A stretch of DNA of 60,042 nucleotides, the filler included, from Dirinaria sp. TL-2023a (lineage: Eukaryota): the NCBI GenBank assembly GCA_051941275.1. It is 3 parts of 3 records of this genome, joined end to end, with 100 filler letters (N's around TTAATTAATTAA, not from the genome) between each part and the next. Parts side by side here need not be neighbours in the genome. Positions count along the whole stretch, not along the records: positions 1 to 19,977 come from JAVEBF010000306.1; 2 more parts are not named here. One strand, written 5' to 3'. The notes below the pieces were generated by a model. It saw only the letters and a program-made list of their open reading frames with translations, was not told the DNA's origin and ran no database searches. Shown one piece after another: positions 1 to 10,521 of the stretch (position 1 is its first letter; each line of letters starts with the position of its first letter). The position numbers and the translations under genes are program-made.

Positions 1-438
1 GCGCGGGCATTGCGGTGGGGTAGTGATTGCTCTTTCGAAGGAGGTGCAGGAGGTTGTTCGAGTTCAGGAGCAGAGGCTTGATCGCCTAGAGGACCAAGAG
101 GGCCGAGAGAGTCATCGACAGCTTCCAGTCGGGTTGCTTGGGCCCCTACACGTCGTGGTGTACGTGGGCCCCTTCCAGCTGGTGACCTAGGTACCGGCGT
201 TTCTGAGAGCGAAGGCTTTTGGGAGGTCTTGGGCTTGTTTTCTGGATATTCTAGACCTCAGCATGGTTTTTGGCGGTGTTGACAGAGAACCGACCTTTCT
301 GATCTGCTTCAGCAGCTTTGTCAAGGTTTGCGGTTGAGCTTGACCTCGAGGGTACATCTTTTGGCATGGGTTAGTGTAGCTTCATGGATATCTGTAGGCC
401 AGCAACGCACCACCCCATGGAGAGTCCTCTGCGTCCAT
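1..438 (-). CDS. VPS5: Sorting nexin Vps5-like protein, 5' part (runs off window start)
   Basis: Not in the ORF track. Manual splicing from ATG at 438 over two short GT-AG introns gives MDAEDSPWG(D)VPSRSSS...PRTPRRVGAQATRLEAVDDSLGPLGPLGD...PPAPPSKE, resembling the N-terminus of filamentous-fungal Vps5. PX/BAR domains lie outside the window. Confidence 0.65.
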
Positions 439-951
439 AGCAGCGGCGATTCAGATATGTTGCAGCTAGTATCGAGGCTTCGAAGTGTAAGTAGCAATTG
501 ACCACTGGAGAAAATGAACGTCTCGACGATGCTCGGCGATTGGGCGCGATGCGGAGCGAACTCGACGCTAACCCTCGGTCTTCTCTTTTCTCTATCAATC
601 CGTCCACTTTATTCTCTAATAACATAACCATCCTATCAATAATCCATGAATCACGGATCTACTCCTAGCGTATCTAAGCGTTATTTCTGAAGAGGTGTGA
701 TCTCACAGATTGTCCAAACGGTCTCCTTGTCGCCCTTGAAGCACAATTGGAAGAAGCCACTTCATACCACGATGGGCAAAACATACCTAGGCTGAGTATT
801 AATTCTTACTTAGCACTGAGGTAATGTATTTTCTAATTGATTGCACCATGGGTTTTGTCGCTATTCTATTCCATTCCTAGGCTGCTATTATGGATGGCTA
901 CATATATCCCGTACATCTGAACCAGTCAATTAGATCATTTATGATTCTTCA

Positions 952-2733
952 CTACATTGGATTCTGACCCTTCCGGTCTCGCTGATCCTCCCATTTGCAT
1001 CGCTTACAGACACATTGACCTCCCAATGCTCCCATCGCCCATTCTCTCCTATCCTCGACGGGCAAATGCACGTCACAGTAATGGCTGAGGATTTCCTCGC
1101 CTTCTCGGATACCTTCGTGGCACTTCTCCTGAGCAGGACCCCACCGCACCACATCTTGCCCACCTCTTGCCTCAAATTTAATATTACCAGCCCATTCCCA
1201 CTTGACATTAGGAGCACAGCTATGGTTCGCCAAGCACCACAGCGGGTGGACAGCAGCTACTTCCGGCCCTCGAAACCTCGAGGCCGAGGTACTGAAGCGT
1301 GCACTGGCAGTACCTCGAAATTTGGCGTACAAGGTGTTGATAACCCATGTCTCACTGAGCTGTGAGGTGAAGATGTTGACATCCATGCGCTCCAGCATGT
1401 GTAGTGGACCTGAGATATTATTGTGGAAAGTAAAAGGCAGCTGGCGGACTGGTTCACACTCGATTGCATCAGAAGGCGGAGGACTGAAGTCACCCCACAG
1501 GTAACTCGTCTCTGAAAGGTCCAGAGGATGCACATTCTGTGTTTCAGCCATAGCAAAAGTCCGGCCTAGCAAAGCAAGGTAGAGTGCTGAAGATGAAGTA
1601 GCGGGTGACGGATCTTTAGTGAGAAGATCAAAATCAGATTTGCCGCATATTGCCGGGTGGTACATTTTCTGCGCAAGACCGGCACACATTTCAGAGCAGA
1701 ATATTGTATCTTCACAGTCAGGACAGTGTGGCAGCGCAGAAGAACACGGTGCCTCTGGTAGCAGCGCTGAGCAAGCGTCACAGAGCGTGTCATGGAGACG
1801 ATTGTTGGTCGTCAAAAGAGAGCGTTCTTCAAGAATGGTCTCGTAAGGTGCAATATCTGCAGTTGCAAAAAGACCAAGTTGCTTGACGAACCTGCGCTCA
1901 GACACGGAAAACTCGTTGTGATTCGTCATCTCGTCAATGCCAGGCAGCTTGCTTTCGAGTGATGGAAGCAAGACTGCACGAACTTCACATTTTGGAGCTG
2001 CTATAGCGAGTCGCTCATTAAGCTGACGTAGATTAGTCATTGAGAACCGGTCAGGCTCATGTTCATTCCAGGGGTAGAGTTCTCGGCGCACTGAACCTTC
2101 CTCGGGCAGATCAGTTAAAGGATTGAAGGACAGTTCCTGATCTTTTACTGAAGTTTGGCCTGCTTCTATTCCATGGAAGCTGGAGCCTTGCTTTGATATC
2201 CGCTTGCAATATTGCTCAACAATGTGCGCTCGATGGATACGAAACATCTCTATATGCGGGAAGGCCTCTGATCCTCGAGCTGCAAAATCGTAGGCTGTTT
2301 TAAGGCACCCACACTTCGAAAGCGACAAAGCTAATAGCTCGTAGGAACGAGAAGCTATCTCATCCGCCATGAGTGTACTATCCATGCCGGATACTGCCAC
2401 TTGGTCATTATGATAAATTTGCTTGTCAACCCTATCCGCAGAGATACAATTAGTTGATCCATCGATTACGCTCCCTTCACGTTGTATTTGTGACGGATTG
2501 GTCGCAAGCTCGACAGATTTGAGAACCTCTTCGTGATATTCGCCCGACTCGTCGCGAAGCTCATCACTCAACAGAAGAGCTTTGTATACATCTCCAGCTG
2601 CAAGATCCGGGAAGCCATTGATTTCGTACCATTCCGCTCTGAGCAGATGATTATTGGGCAAGTAAGGATTTCCTTCAATATCTTTGTTGATTGCGAGCAG
2701 GTCTGACAGTTGAAAGCCGTCAATTGAGGCCAT
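952..2733 (-). CDS. SET/MYND (SMYD-like) domain protein, putative lysine methyltransferase
   Basis: 593-aa ORF with split SET domain (GLFATADI...NHSCAPN...EEILSHY), inserted Cys-rich MYND-like finger (CDAC..CPDC..FCSEMC..H..C) and post-SET CVCKRC. Confidence 0.85.
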   Translation of the reverse strand: MASIDGFQLSDLLAINKDIEGNPYLPNNHLLRAEWYEINGFPDLAAGDVYKALLLSDELRDESGEYHEEVLKSVELATNPSQIQREGSVIDGSTNCISADRVDKQIYHNDQVAVSGMDSTLMADEIASRSYELLALSLSKCGCLKTAYDFAARGSEAFPHIEMFRIHRAHIVEQYCKRISKQGSSFHGIEAGQTSVKDQELSFNPLTDLPEEGSVRRELYPWNEHEPDRFSMTNLRQLNERLAIAAPKCEVRAVLLPSLESKLPGIDEMTNHNEFSVSERRFVKQLGLFATADIAPYETILEERSLLTTNNRLHDTLCDACSALLPEAPCSSALPHCPDCEDTIFCSEMCAGLAQKMYHPAICGKSDFDLLTKDPSPATSSSALYLALLGRTFAMAETQNVHPLDLSETSYLWGDFSPPPSDAIECEPVRQLPFTFHNNISGPLHMLERMDVNIFTSQLSETWVINTLYAKFRGTASARFSTSASRFRGPEVAAVHPLWCLANHSCAPNVKWEWAGNIKFEARGGQDVVRWGPAQEKCHEGIREGEEILSHYCDVHLPVEDRREWAMGALGGQCVCKRCKWEDQRDRKGQNPM

Positions 2734-2913
2734 TTTGAGAAAATAGTGAACAAGTGAAGTCGGGTTTTCAGTGGTGTTATCTTGGCTGCTCCGCTAGCCC
2801 CCAGGAAGAATCGCCTAGACTTTCCATTGGCCATCCAACGACCATTGAGAAGCAGCAGCCATAAATATTTGCACATGAATATGCGGTTTTATCAGCATTG
2901 TGGGGCGACAAAT

Positions 2914-4101
2914 TTATTCGGCAAACAAATTTGTTTTGCTCGAAAATTGAGTTGACCCTCTGCTGGAGCTGCCGCTGATATTCGAATTAGATTCTGGATA
3001 GAATGAAGCGTTTTGTTCACGATACTGATTTCGAGCTGAGGCCTCTCCTGCGCGGCGAATGGCTTCAATCTCATCATTAGAAGCCCTGGTTTGTACTGCG
3101 ATGGCTTCCATCTGCAACCGCTCCGCTACCACCAGCTCAGCGCTGGAAAAAGAAAATTTTGCGTTAAATCAGAGACTCACCTTCTGTGATGGGGGCTGCT
3201 TTCAGCACCAAGGCTGCCTGATTGAACATGAAAATGTTTTCTGAGAAGATGAAGTGCTTGCCAAGTAGAAGGTCAAATGGCCCATGCTCCGCCACGAGAA
3301 AGCCTGTTTGTCGAGTCTTTGAAGCATTATTAGCATACCAAGTAATGTCTATCGAACCCTTGGCCTCAATGGTCTGTCCTCCAAAACCGGTGTATCTTTT
3401 CTTCTGAGTGGCCTGGACTATGCCATTGGTTATGTTTGCTCGATTGACAATGTCTAGTGAGATCCAATTATCGTCACACCCACTATCAAGGATTCCACGA
3501 CCAGCGATCCACTGAGGACCATCACCAATCCCACAAAATATCGTGGCATCGAACGCGGTAGGGTCTAAGGGAGATTTGCGACCTTGACTTGGAGTGATGG
3601 TTCCTGGCCTGTCCGAGTACAGCTGTGCAAGCTCGTGTTGCTGGTTTCGCAGCAATTGATGAGTCATACCGCTTGATATATAGTTAAAACAAAGATGAAT
3701 CGGTTTTCATAAGGCCGCGATACGTACTCCATGATGATATCGCGTAGGAGCGAAACCGATTGCTTGAACTGTTGCAGAGCGTGCTCGAGAGGGGCAAGCG
3801 CTATCTTGTCCTTAGGCCCTGTTGCAGGCGTCTGCTCGCCCTTGCTCATTAGGTTAGCGATTCTAAGAGCTCTACCATAGCAGAGTCCGAGGCAACTTTG
3901 CGCGGCTGGTGGCATAGTGCCTCGGAATGCCACCATCGTTGAATACATTTCATTTAAAATGTCAATATAGACCGGTATATCGGCCATTGCATCTTGGACA
4001 ATAGCCCCCCACTTGTCATTCCTTGATGCAAAAGTTTTCTGGATCCTCAATAGCTGCTGCGTTACGGCGACAAGGCCAGCGGTCATTGAGACTGGATCCA
4101 T
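2914..4101 (-). CDS. Protein with HeLo-like/STAND-type N-terminal helical domain fused to a retropepsin-like aspartic protease domain (~358 aa, 3 exons)
   Basis: Exons 4101-3728, 3671-3181 and 3125-2914, joined by GT-AG introns 3727-3672 and 3180-3126, give 1077 nt in frame. Start MDPVSMTAGLVAV; catalytic-type motif GILDSGCDDNWIS; second retropepsin motif FDLLLGKHF. Confidence 0.75.
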
Positions 4102-4702
4102 GGTCGGTCTAGGAACACCTCTTCCTCAATTCACGGATCTGCCCCAGTTTCGAGTCCTTGATATAGCGACATCCAAAATGTTTATGTGCAGAGGGTGCGA
4201 GTCCCGCAATCGCCTCAATATCGCAGCATCCGAAGGGTAGATAAATACGAGTTACAACAGTTCTACACACAAGCGAAAGAGAGGAAAACTGGAAGGTATT
4301 ATTGTATCATGAATGTCTTTTATAGCATTCTTGGAAGTTAAAAGAAAATATTTACAGCTCTAAGATTAAAGTACTGTAAGTACTCGTACGCACTAGACTG
4401 CCGATTACTCTAAACTTGAGGTGCCCGGGACGCCGAACAACTGAGCGGGCTTATCTGGATACCTCACCTAAAAGACCTCCCGAATGCGGCAAAAGTCTTA
4501 GTGGTAGCCACCAAAGGCGCAACTAAAGCCATTAGAGCCTTCCGAGGTTAGAGCTGGAAGCCCGGAACTGACCCTGGTCTTCCTGATCTATCTACAGCAC
4601 CTTCCAGCAACATGTAAATTCTGCATTCTTCTTCTTCTCCTTCTTCTTCTTTTTCTTTTTCTTCGTGGGCCAGATCCCAATCACCCCTCTCACAGATGGA
4701 TC

Positions 4703-5688
4703 ATGGCAGCCAACACGTATTCAGCATCTCCGCCAAAGCCACGCGGCTACCCGAAGCTTGCTTCTCTCATGGGCCACCATCCCGAAACTGCCATCTTCCG
4801 CCGTTTCGATCACCTGAATATGCTCAACCTTCTCAGCTTGCAGGCTGAGCTTACCCACCTGGAAGTTCGCTTACAAGACATACGAAGCGAGGATGAGGTT
4901 TCAGGTGACCCTCTACGGATGCTCCACGCCGTCGATTTTTACGAGATGCGGCAGCCAAAGCGGGAAGGCGATGAATTGCAATGGAGGTTAATGTTGGAAA
5001 TACGAGCGAAGCTGCAAGAGTATAGTACTTTCTTCGTTCTACGTAACTCAATTCCGACGGCAAGTTACTAAGAAGATGCCAGACGCAGCGCTTCTCCAAG
5101 TTTCTCAGCTAGCTAAGCTCCACTCGCCACGGGAGGATGAACTACGTTTCTTAAAGGACTGGCTTAAGCGACCCATGATGGGCGATTCATTCTTAAAAGG
5201 CCGCGAAGCCACTATCTGGCAAGACCGTGAACCCAAAGAGATGGCGTCCCTTATGCCACAAGAATTCGAAGCAGACCCGTTCTCAACCCTCGTAACGACC
5301 AAACTTGTGGATTACTGGGATCGGTTATGGGGCAACAGACGGAAGAAGCCCATCCCAGTTGATCCTGAGAGTGGAATCGTTGAATACGACAACAGGCTCT
5401 TGAACAAGATCAGTATGGGCGCTGGTGTGACGTTGGCTTCAGTGGTACCTAGTGTTAGTGTGCTTATCCTGTACTTCGTTAAAAATCAGATCAAGAGGCT
5501 CGGGCTCTTGATAGTCTTCACCTTCATCTTTTCGGCCTCACTGGCAGCTTTTACAAGCGCCAGAAGGATCGAGGTATTTTCCGCTGTTGCTGGGTAAGCA
5601 ACTTCTTTTGACCTTCTGTGCGTTGAAGGTGCTGACTGTTCTTAGATTCTCGGCTGTCATGGTGGTATTCATTGGCACAAATGATTAA
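4703..5688 (+). CDS. DUF6594-type fungal membrane protein (~291 aa, 3 exons)
   Basis: Family-typical start GYPKLASLM...AIFRRFDHLNMLNLLSLQAELTHLE. Introns 5025-5082 and 5594-5645 give 876 nt in frame. Three C-terminal hydrophobic segments end EVFSAVAGFSAVMVVFIGTND. Confidence 0.85.
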
Positions 5689-6648
5689 GGTGCACGGCTC
5701 TGTTTGTTGTACGAAGTTGATGGCAGAAGCAATAGGAAAGGCGAGAAAGTACTGCTTCGTTTCCATAAGGCATCACCTTAGTGCAATAGCTGCGCTACTA
5801 CCTCAAACGACCAGTTCTATGTCAGCGGCCAAGATCATATCGGTTTAGCAGGCTCTATTAATCACCATAGCGACTACGAGTTGCTTTTTTTGAGGTGCTG
5901 GCGCGGGTGCTCAGAGCACATACTATGTACTCTTACAGAACTCTGCTGCTCATACACCTGGCCAGTTTTGGGATTCTTGTGTGAGTTAGTGCACTCACAC
6001 CCCTTTTTCCGAACTTATGTGTCGATTCCCACGCCTAGTCAATTGACAGACAGTCTCATACTCGATGATGCAGGACCTGTGCATTCGCAGATTGGACAAT
6101 GATAACATGGCATAATCTGAATATCCTTGTCATTGATAGACACTGCATTAGCATTGTTCTCGCACAAAGATCTAAGCTGCGATCGAGTACACTGATTTAA
6201 AGGGATTGAGTCAAGGATATTGATCTTGATAATTTCACTAATGCTAATTTAGCTCGATTTACTTTTTATCGGATGGACATTTTAGAATACAAGTTTCTAT
6301 GAGCAATGGTGTAAAATATTTGGAAATGGAGTGGTGAAATAGTATAAGGGGGTGTGAGTGCAACATCTTCCTTTTTGATGGTAGTCATTTCTTTATCAGT
6401 ACAATCTTTGACAAGGGCTTATGGCTACTTCATATTCAGTGGAACAATGTGTTGACTGTTTCCTATCCCACATAGCACAAGCATGTTTCTCATTAAAGAG
6501 GATTTGAGCCGAAAGTCCGACTTCAGCAGATCCTGTACTCTTCTCTTGAGACTCATAGACAGTGTAAAAATTCTATTACAGTACAACTCTTGCAGTGCAT
6601 GTACGAATGATAGCTGCAGTCACGCACCAAGGTTTCTTCTGTGACTTG

Positions 6649-7948
6649 CTACCACCATTTTTCGAATAAAACGTTCTCTTTCTTCATACCTTCAGCTTTC
6701 CTAAGGACATCAACTACCTCATCAGTCATTGCCGGTGGCCCGCAAACATATGCTACCGTGCTTCCTCTCTCATACTCCGGACCTAGGGAGCTGACCAGAT
6801 CACTGTGTTCAAATCGCCGTTCATACGTCCTCAAAATGCTATCTTGGGCGAATCTATTACCTGCCATACATGGACTAACCTTGTCGATTGACTTAGTGCC
6901 GGTAATATATAGGCTCAGCTCCCTTTCCGTAGATGCCACTCGGTGACTTGCCGGATGGGGAAGAGCAAAAAGGTTTTCAAGTCGATCCAAGAAAAGGATA
7001 GATCCGTTGTTGAATTCAGGTAATCTTCGAACAGAATAGAAGAAAGAGATTCGCCTTGGAGCACTTGGACTCAACATAAGATGTGATAATATAGATATCA
7101 AAGGACTATCAAGAGCAGTCAACATCTGGATTGAAGACATTTCCGAACAGTCCGAATCTCTCCACTACTGAAATAAGACGGAACACCTACTTTATGCCTA
7201 CTCCTCCGGCAACGAACACTACACGACCGATTTGATCTACAGGCATTTGAGGAGGCGGCCAGACAAATTTCCCACCTATACGGACTTTCAGAGGTGCGCC
7301 TACAATTTCTCCTGCAGCCCGCCACAGCCATGCCGCAGGCGGGCTGTGGGGTGATTTTTGGATGGCTAGCTCTAGGTATCCGTCCGGTTCTGAGAGTTGT
7401 GGCTTAAGATTGGCAGGAGTCGATGTGATTGTGAAACCTCCTGCTTGGGCCAAGCCTGGTATATGTAGATCTAGCCATTGGCCAGGATGAAACTGAAGCG
7501 TTCGAACGAGGCATTAGGGACCAATGCACTGGGAAACCCTACAATAGAAAAGGTTGAGACGACTTGCATGTATATCTCCAGAGCTGTGTCCCTCAACCGT
7601 TTCATTATTTAATTGCGAGCGAATCGGCCTCAAACGCAAAAGACGAACGTTCTGGTATATCGTTTCGACCTTAGATAAAATCACATTGTGGACTGCGTTC
7701 TGGCGTGGATCTGCCGCTGTCCGTTGCTCATGGGACGTTCGAAGTTCTTCGTCCCCATTTTGTAACCCTTTCGCTGCCTCCATTTGCAGATTTGAGCCAT
7801 CGTTTCCGCGTTCGGCTTTCGACCTGAGCATCCTGGATTGAAAATGGGTACAAATGCTTGCTCTTCGAAGCTTGGGCAAGTAGAAGGCGCAGCCAGAGCC
7901 AAGTTGCGATACCTTAGAGATTGGAAATGGGGGCCGTTGAAACACCAT
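6649..7948 (-). CDS. Ferredoxin-NADP reductase-like FAD/NAD-binding oxidoreductase (OXNAD1-like), 3 exons
   Basis: Spliced product has FHPGQWLDLHIPG, GGFTITSTP, VFVAGGVGINPLISIL, YVCGPPAM and terminal FEKWW. Start codon uncertain. Confidence 0.85.
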
Positions 7949-8163
7949 TGATTGTTACAAGGCTGTGAAATTCATTTTAGAAATATCGGAAATCCTACAC
8001 TTCGAAAGCAATCGAATAATGCAATCATTCAGAGACCTTAACCTCGGATTCATGCTTTTTTCATAACTCCGGTAAATCCGATCTAGCCTACTGAAAAGGT
8101 ACGTTAAAGTAATTCCCAATTCCATTGTGTCGTGCTTCTAGTGCCCACGCTCCACGGAGTGCT

Positions 8164-9316
8164 ATGCCTCCACTATCGTCTCATCTTACATGTCTCCAGC
8201 ATGCAGCTCGGCGACGTTTGGACTTGCATATTCCATATCAAGCTCATCTAGCGTGTAGAAAAACGCTGCGCCGCCTAGAGTCGAGCTCAACGTCTTCAAA
8301 CCTCGCCACCACCGCAGTCATTGCTCCGCGTTGGCTGTCGGAGCTCAAAAATCGGATTGGAAAATGCATTATCTTCGGCCTCAAACCTGTTCAAGTGGAC
8401 GAGGCAGGTCATATTCTAAAGATCCTCGCCAGGGATTGGAGAACTCTACTCGCAGGTAGCGAAGGCTTCTTAGTCGGCCAGAATAGGGCGGGCCTGGAGA
8501 GACATAAAGTTGTTTGGGGAGAGATGGTAGGTCAAGAAGCTCCTGAAGCACCGCTTCCTGTCCTTTTCCCTGATCATATTGGTCACAATAAATACTGAGT
8601 GAAGTAATTCAGGATGTCATGGTATGCTACCAATATTCCTGGACTGGCGCCGGCTTGCTGCAATACTGAATTACTCAAGGGTATTGTTTAGTTCTCTTGA
8701 GACGCCCAGAACCATATCTGATATTGCCGTAAGGTCATGTGAACAACGTGGTTTACGTACGATATGCGGAGTCAGCCCGTGTAAACTGGATACGAAATAT
8801 CGCGACGCAAGACCCTGTCAATAAGCAAAAGTGGTCTGAGTTGGTAACGTCCAAAGGAGACGGTCTCATCCTGAGGAGTATCAAGACAGATTTCAAATTT
8901 GTGCGCCATTTTCAATACTACCGCCCTCTTGGGCGTGTCCTCTGGTCCTCCGCTGACAACCGGGTCAGCCAATGTTTTGGCCGGACCATATATCGGTCTA
9001 TCACAAGCTTCGGTCGTCGCCGACTCATTCTGCAGAGTCTTTCAACCTTGACGTGCTAATCCTTTCGGATCGTCACCAGCGCGCTGCTGCGCGCTGCATA
9101 GAAGATATACTTGTTTATGATTACAGACGTGGATCGAAGATTCAACTCCCGCCGTTTATGGTCCAAAAATTCACAGAGATGTGGAGAGCGCAGGAAGAGG
9201 CAAGAAGCTGTAATGAGAATAGAATAAAGGTACTACACGAAATGGTCAGGCAGCTGGAGAAAGAGAGCTGGGACAAGAAGGGCGCAGTAGAAGATATGGG
9301 CGATGGGGGATTTTAG
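8164..9316 (+). CDS. Thioesterase-like (hotdog fold, 4HBT-type) protein, probably mitochondrial
   Basis: Spliced motif VVWGEMDVMGHVNNVVYVRYAESAR, then GLILRSIKTDFKFPMFWPD. Introns 8527-8612, 8622-8679, 8681-8733, 8901-8968. Arg/Ser-rich N-terminus. Confidence 0.85.
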
Positions 9317-10521
9317 ATCATACGATCGGCTAAGGAAACGCACCAACGAAGGATTAACTATTCACGAAAAGTCATGAGTTTGGGTGTATGCGGTTGAGCG
9401 AATAGGCCAAAGTCTTGGTACGGAAGGAGTGCGTTGCAATGTAGGTATTTGATACCTAAGGTACCTCCTAGTATGGAAGTACCTTATACAGAGAGTCAAC
9501 TTGGGCCTAGCCTTCATTATTGGACGCTTGCGTGGATTACTAAGTTAGGTAGGTAAGCTCGCCTTGTGCATCGGAAGGTCTGGCAGCTTTTCCGTCATAA
9601 TCATATTGGACGGGATAGAACAATACCTTCAAGTAGAGGTAAAGTTTAGGCGTGCTCGGCGAGCTGTGCCGCATGTACCGCCAGCCGATATGCTGGTCGT
9701 AGTACATTCCAAAACATTGACGCCTCACTTAAAGCCTCATCATAACCACTTCGTGAGGCAGTATTATCAAAGTTTGGTCCTCTACAATGTCATGGTGAAG
9801 GCCATACACAGTACGGAGGAGGGAGACACGGACCCTAGCGAGCCAGAAGTAGTAATGAGGGGTTGGAAGCTGCAGCGCTCCGGGAAAGCTTCTGCTGAGA
9901 CTAAAGCATGAAATAAACCTACCAAACGTGTGACGAATTTCGATCGGCGAATGAAGCTGCAGCAAATTGCGTGCCCCGTACGCTTCGTACTTTGAGAACA
10001 ACTAAGCTTATCCCTCGCCATCCGGAGGCTGATGCTTGGTTATTCGCCTCAAGCCTACGTAAATAGCGCCTTGAAACAGCGCACAGCGATCATGTGTGCT
10101 ATATGTGTCGCGCACCAAAGCACCTGTACTTGATAAATGATTCTCTTGCTCGTTCGAAATCTAGACTACGAGACTTTAACTTCAAAAAATAGCTGGGTAC
10201 CTTAAAGTAAAGTAAGGTAGGTACGCTCGGTACGTTAGGACGTCAAACTTACCTAGGGTTCGGCTATGACTAACCCTAGGACAGCCTGGCACTCTGATTT
10301 CGGTAAGAGACATCTTTACAGGCGCAAACTCGACTTCAACCTCAAGCAACACCAAACGCTCTGACTTCGCGCGCGTACTCTTCAAACCACCATTCAGGAT
10401 CTCTGCGCCGGTCGCTGCCGCCAGCAATTTGTGCCTCCTTTGATACACAGATCTTAATGACCGCCCGAGGGTTCCGAGGGAGCGATCTGGCTGGGACCAG
10501 GCCGTAAGAATTTGCTGCTTC

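Noticed and set aside
6040..6250. AT-rich minus-strand frame (..RSQLRSLCENNANAVSINDKDIQIMPCYHCPI..) vaguely like the pre-RT linker of Ty3/gypsy Pol
   Set aside because: No RT, RNase H or integrase motifs, no LTRs or TSD. Resemblance is too weak without a search.
9564..10021. Several 80-115 aa ORFs between the thioesterase and acrB
   Set aside because: No recognisable motifs or consistent splice structure; mostly non-ATG starts.
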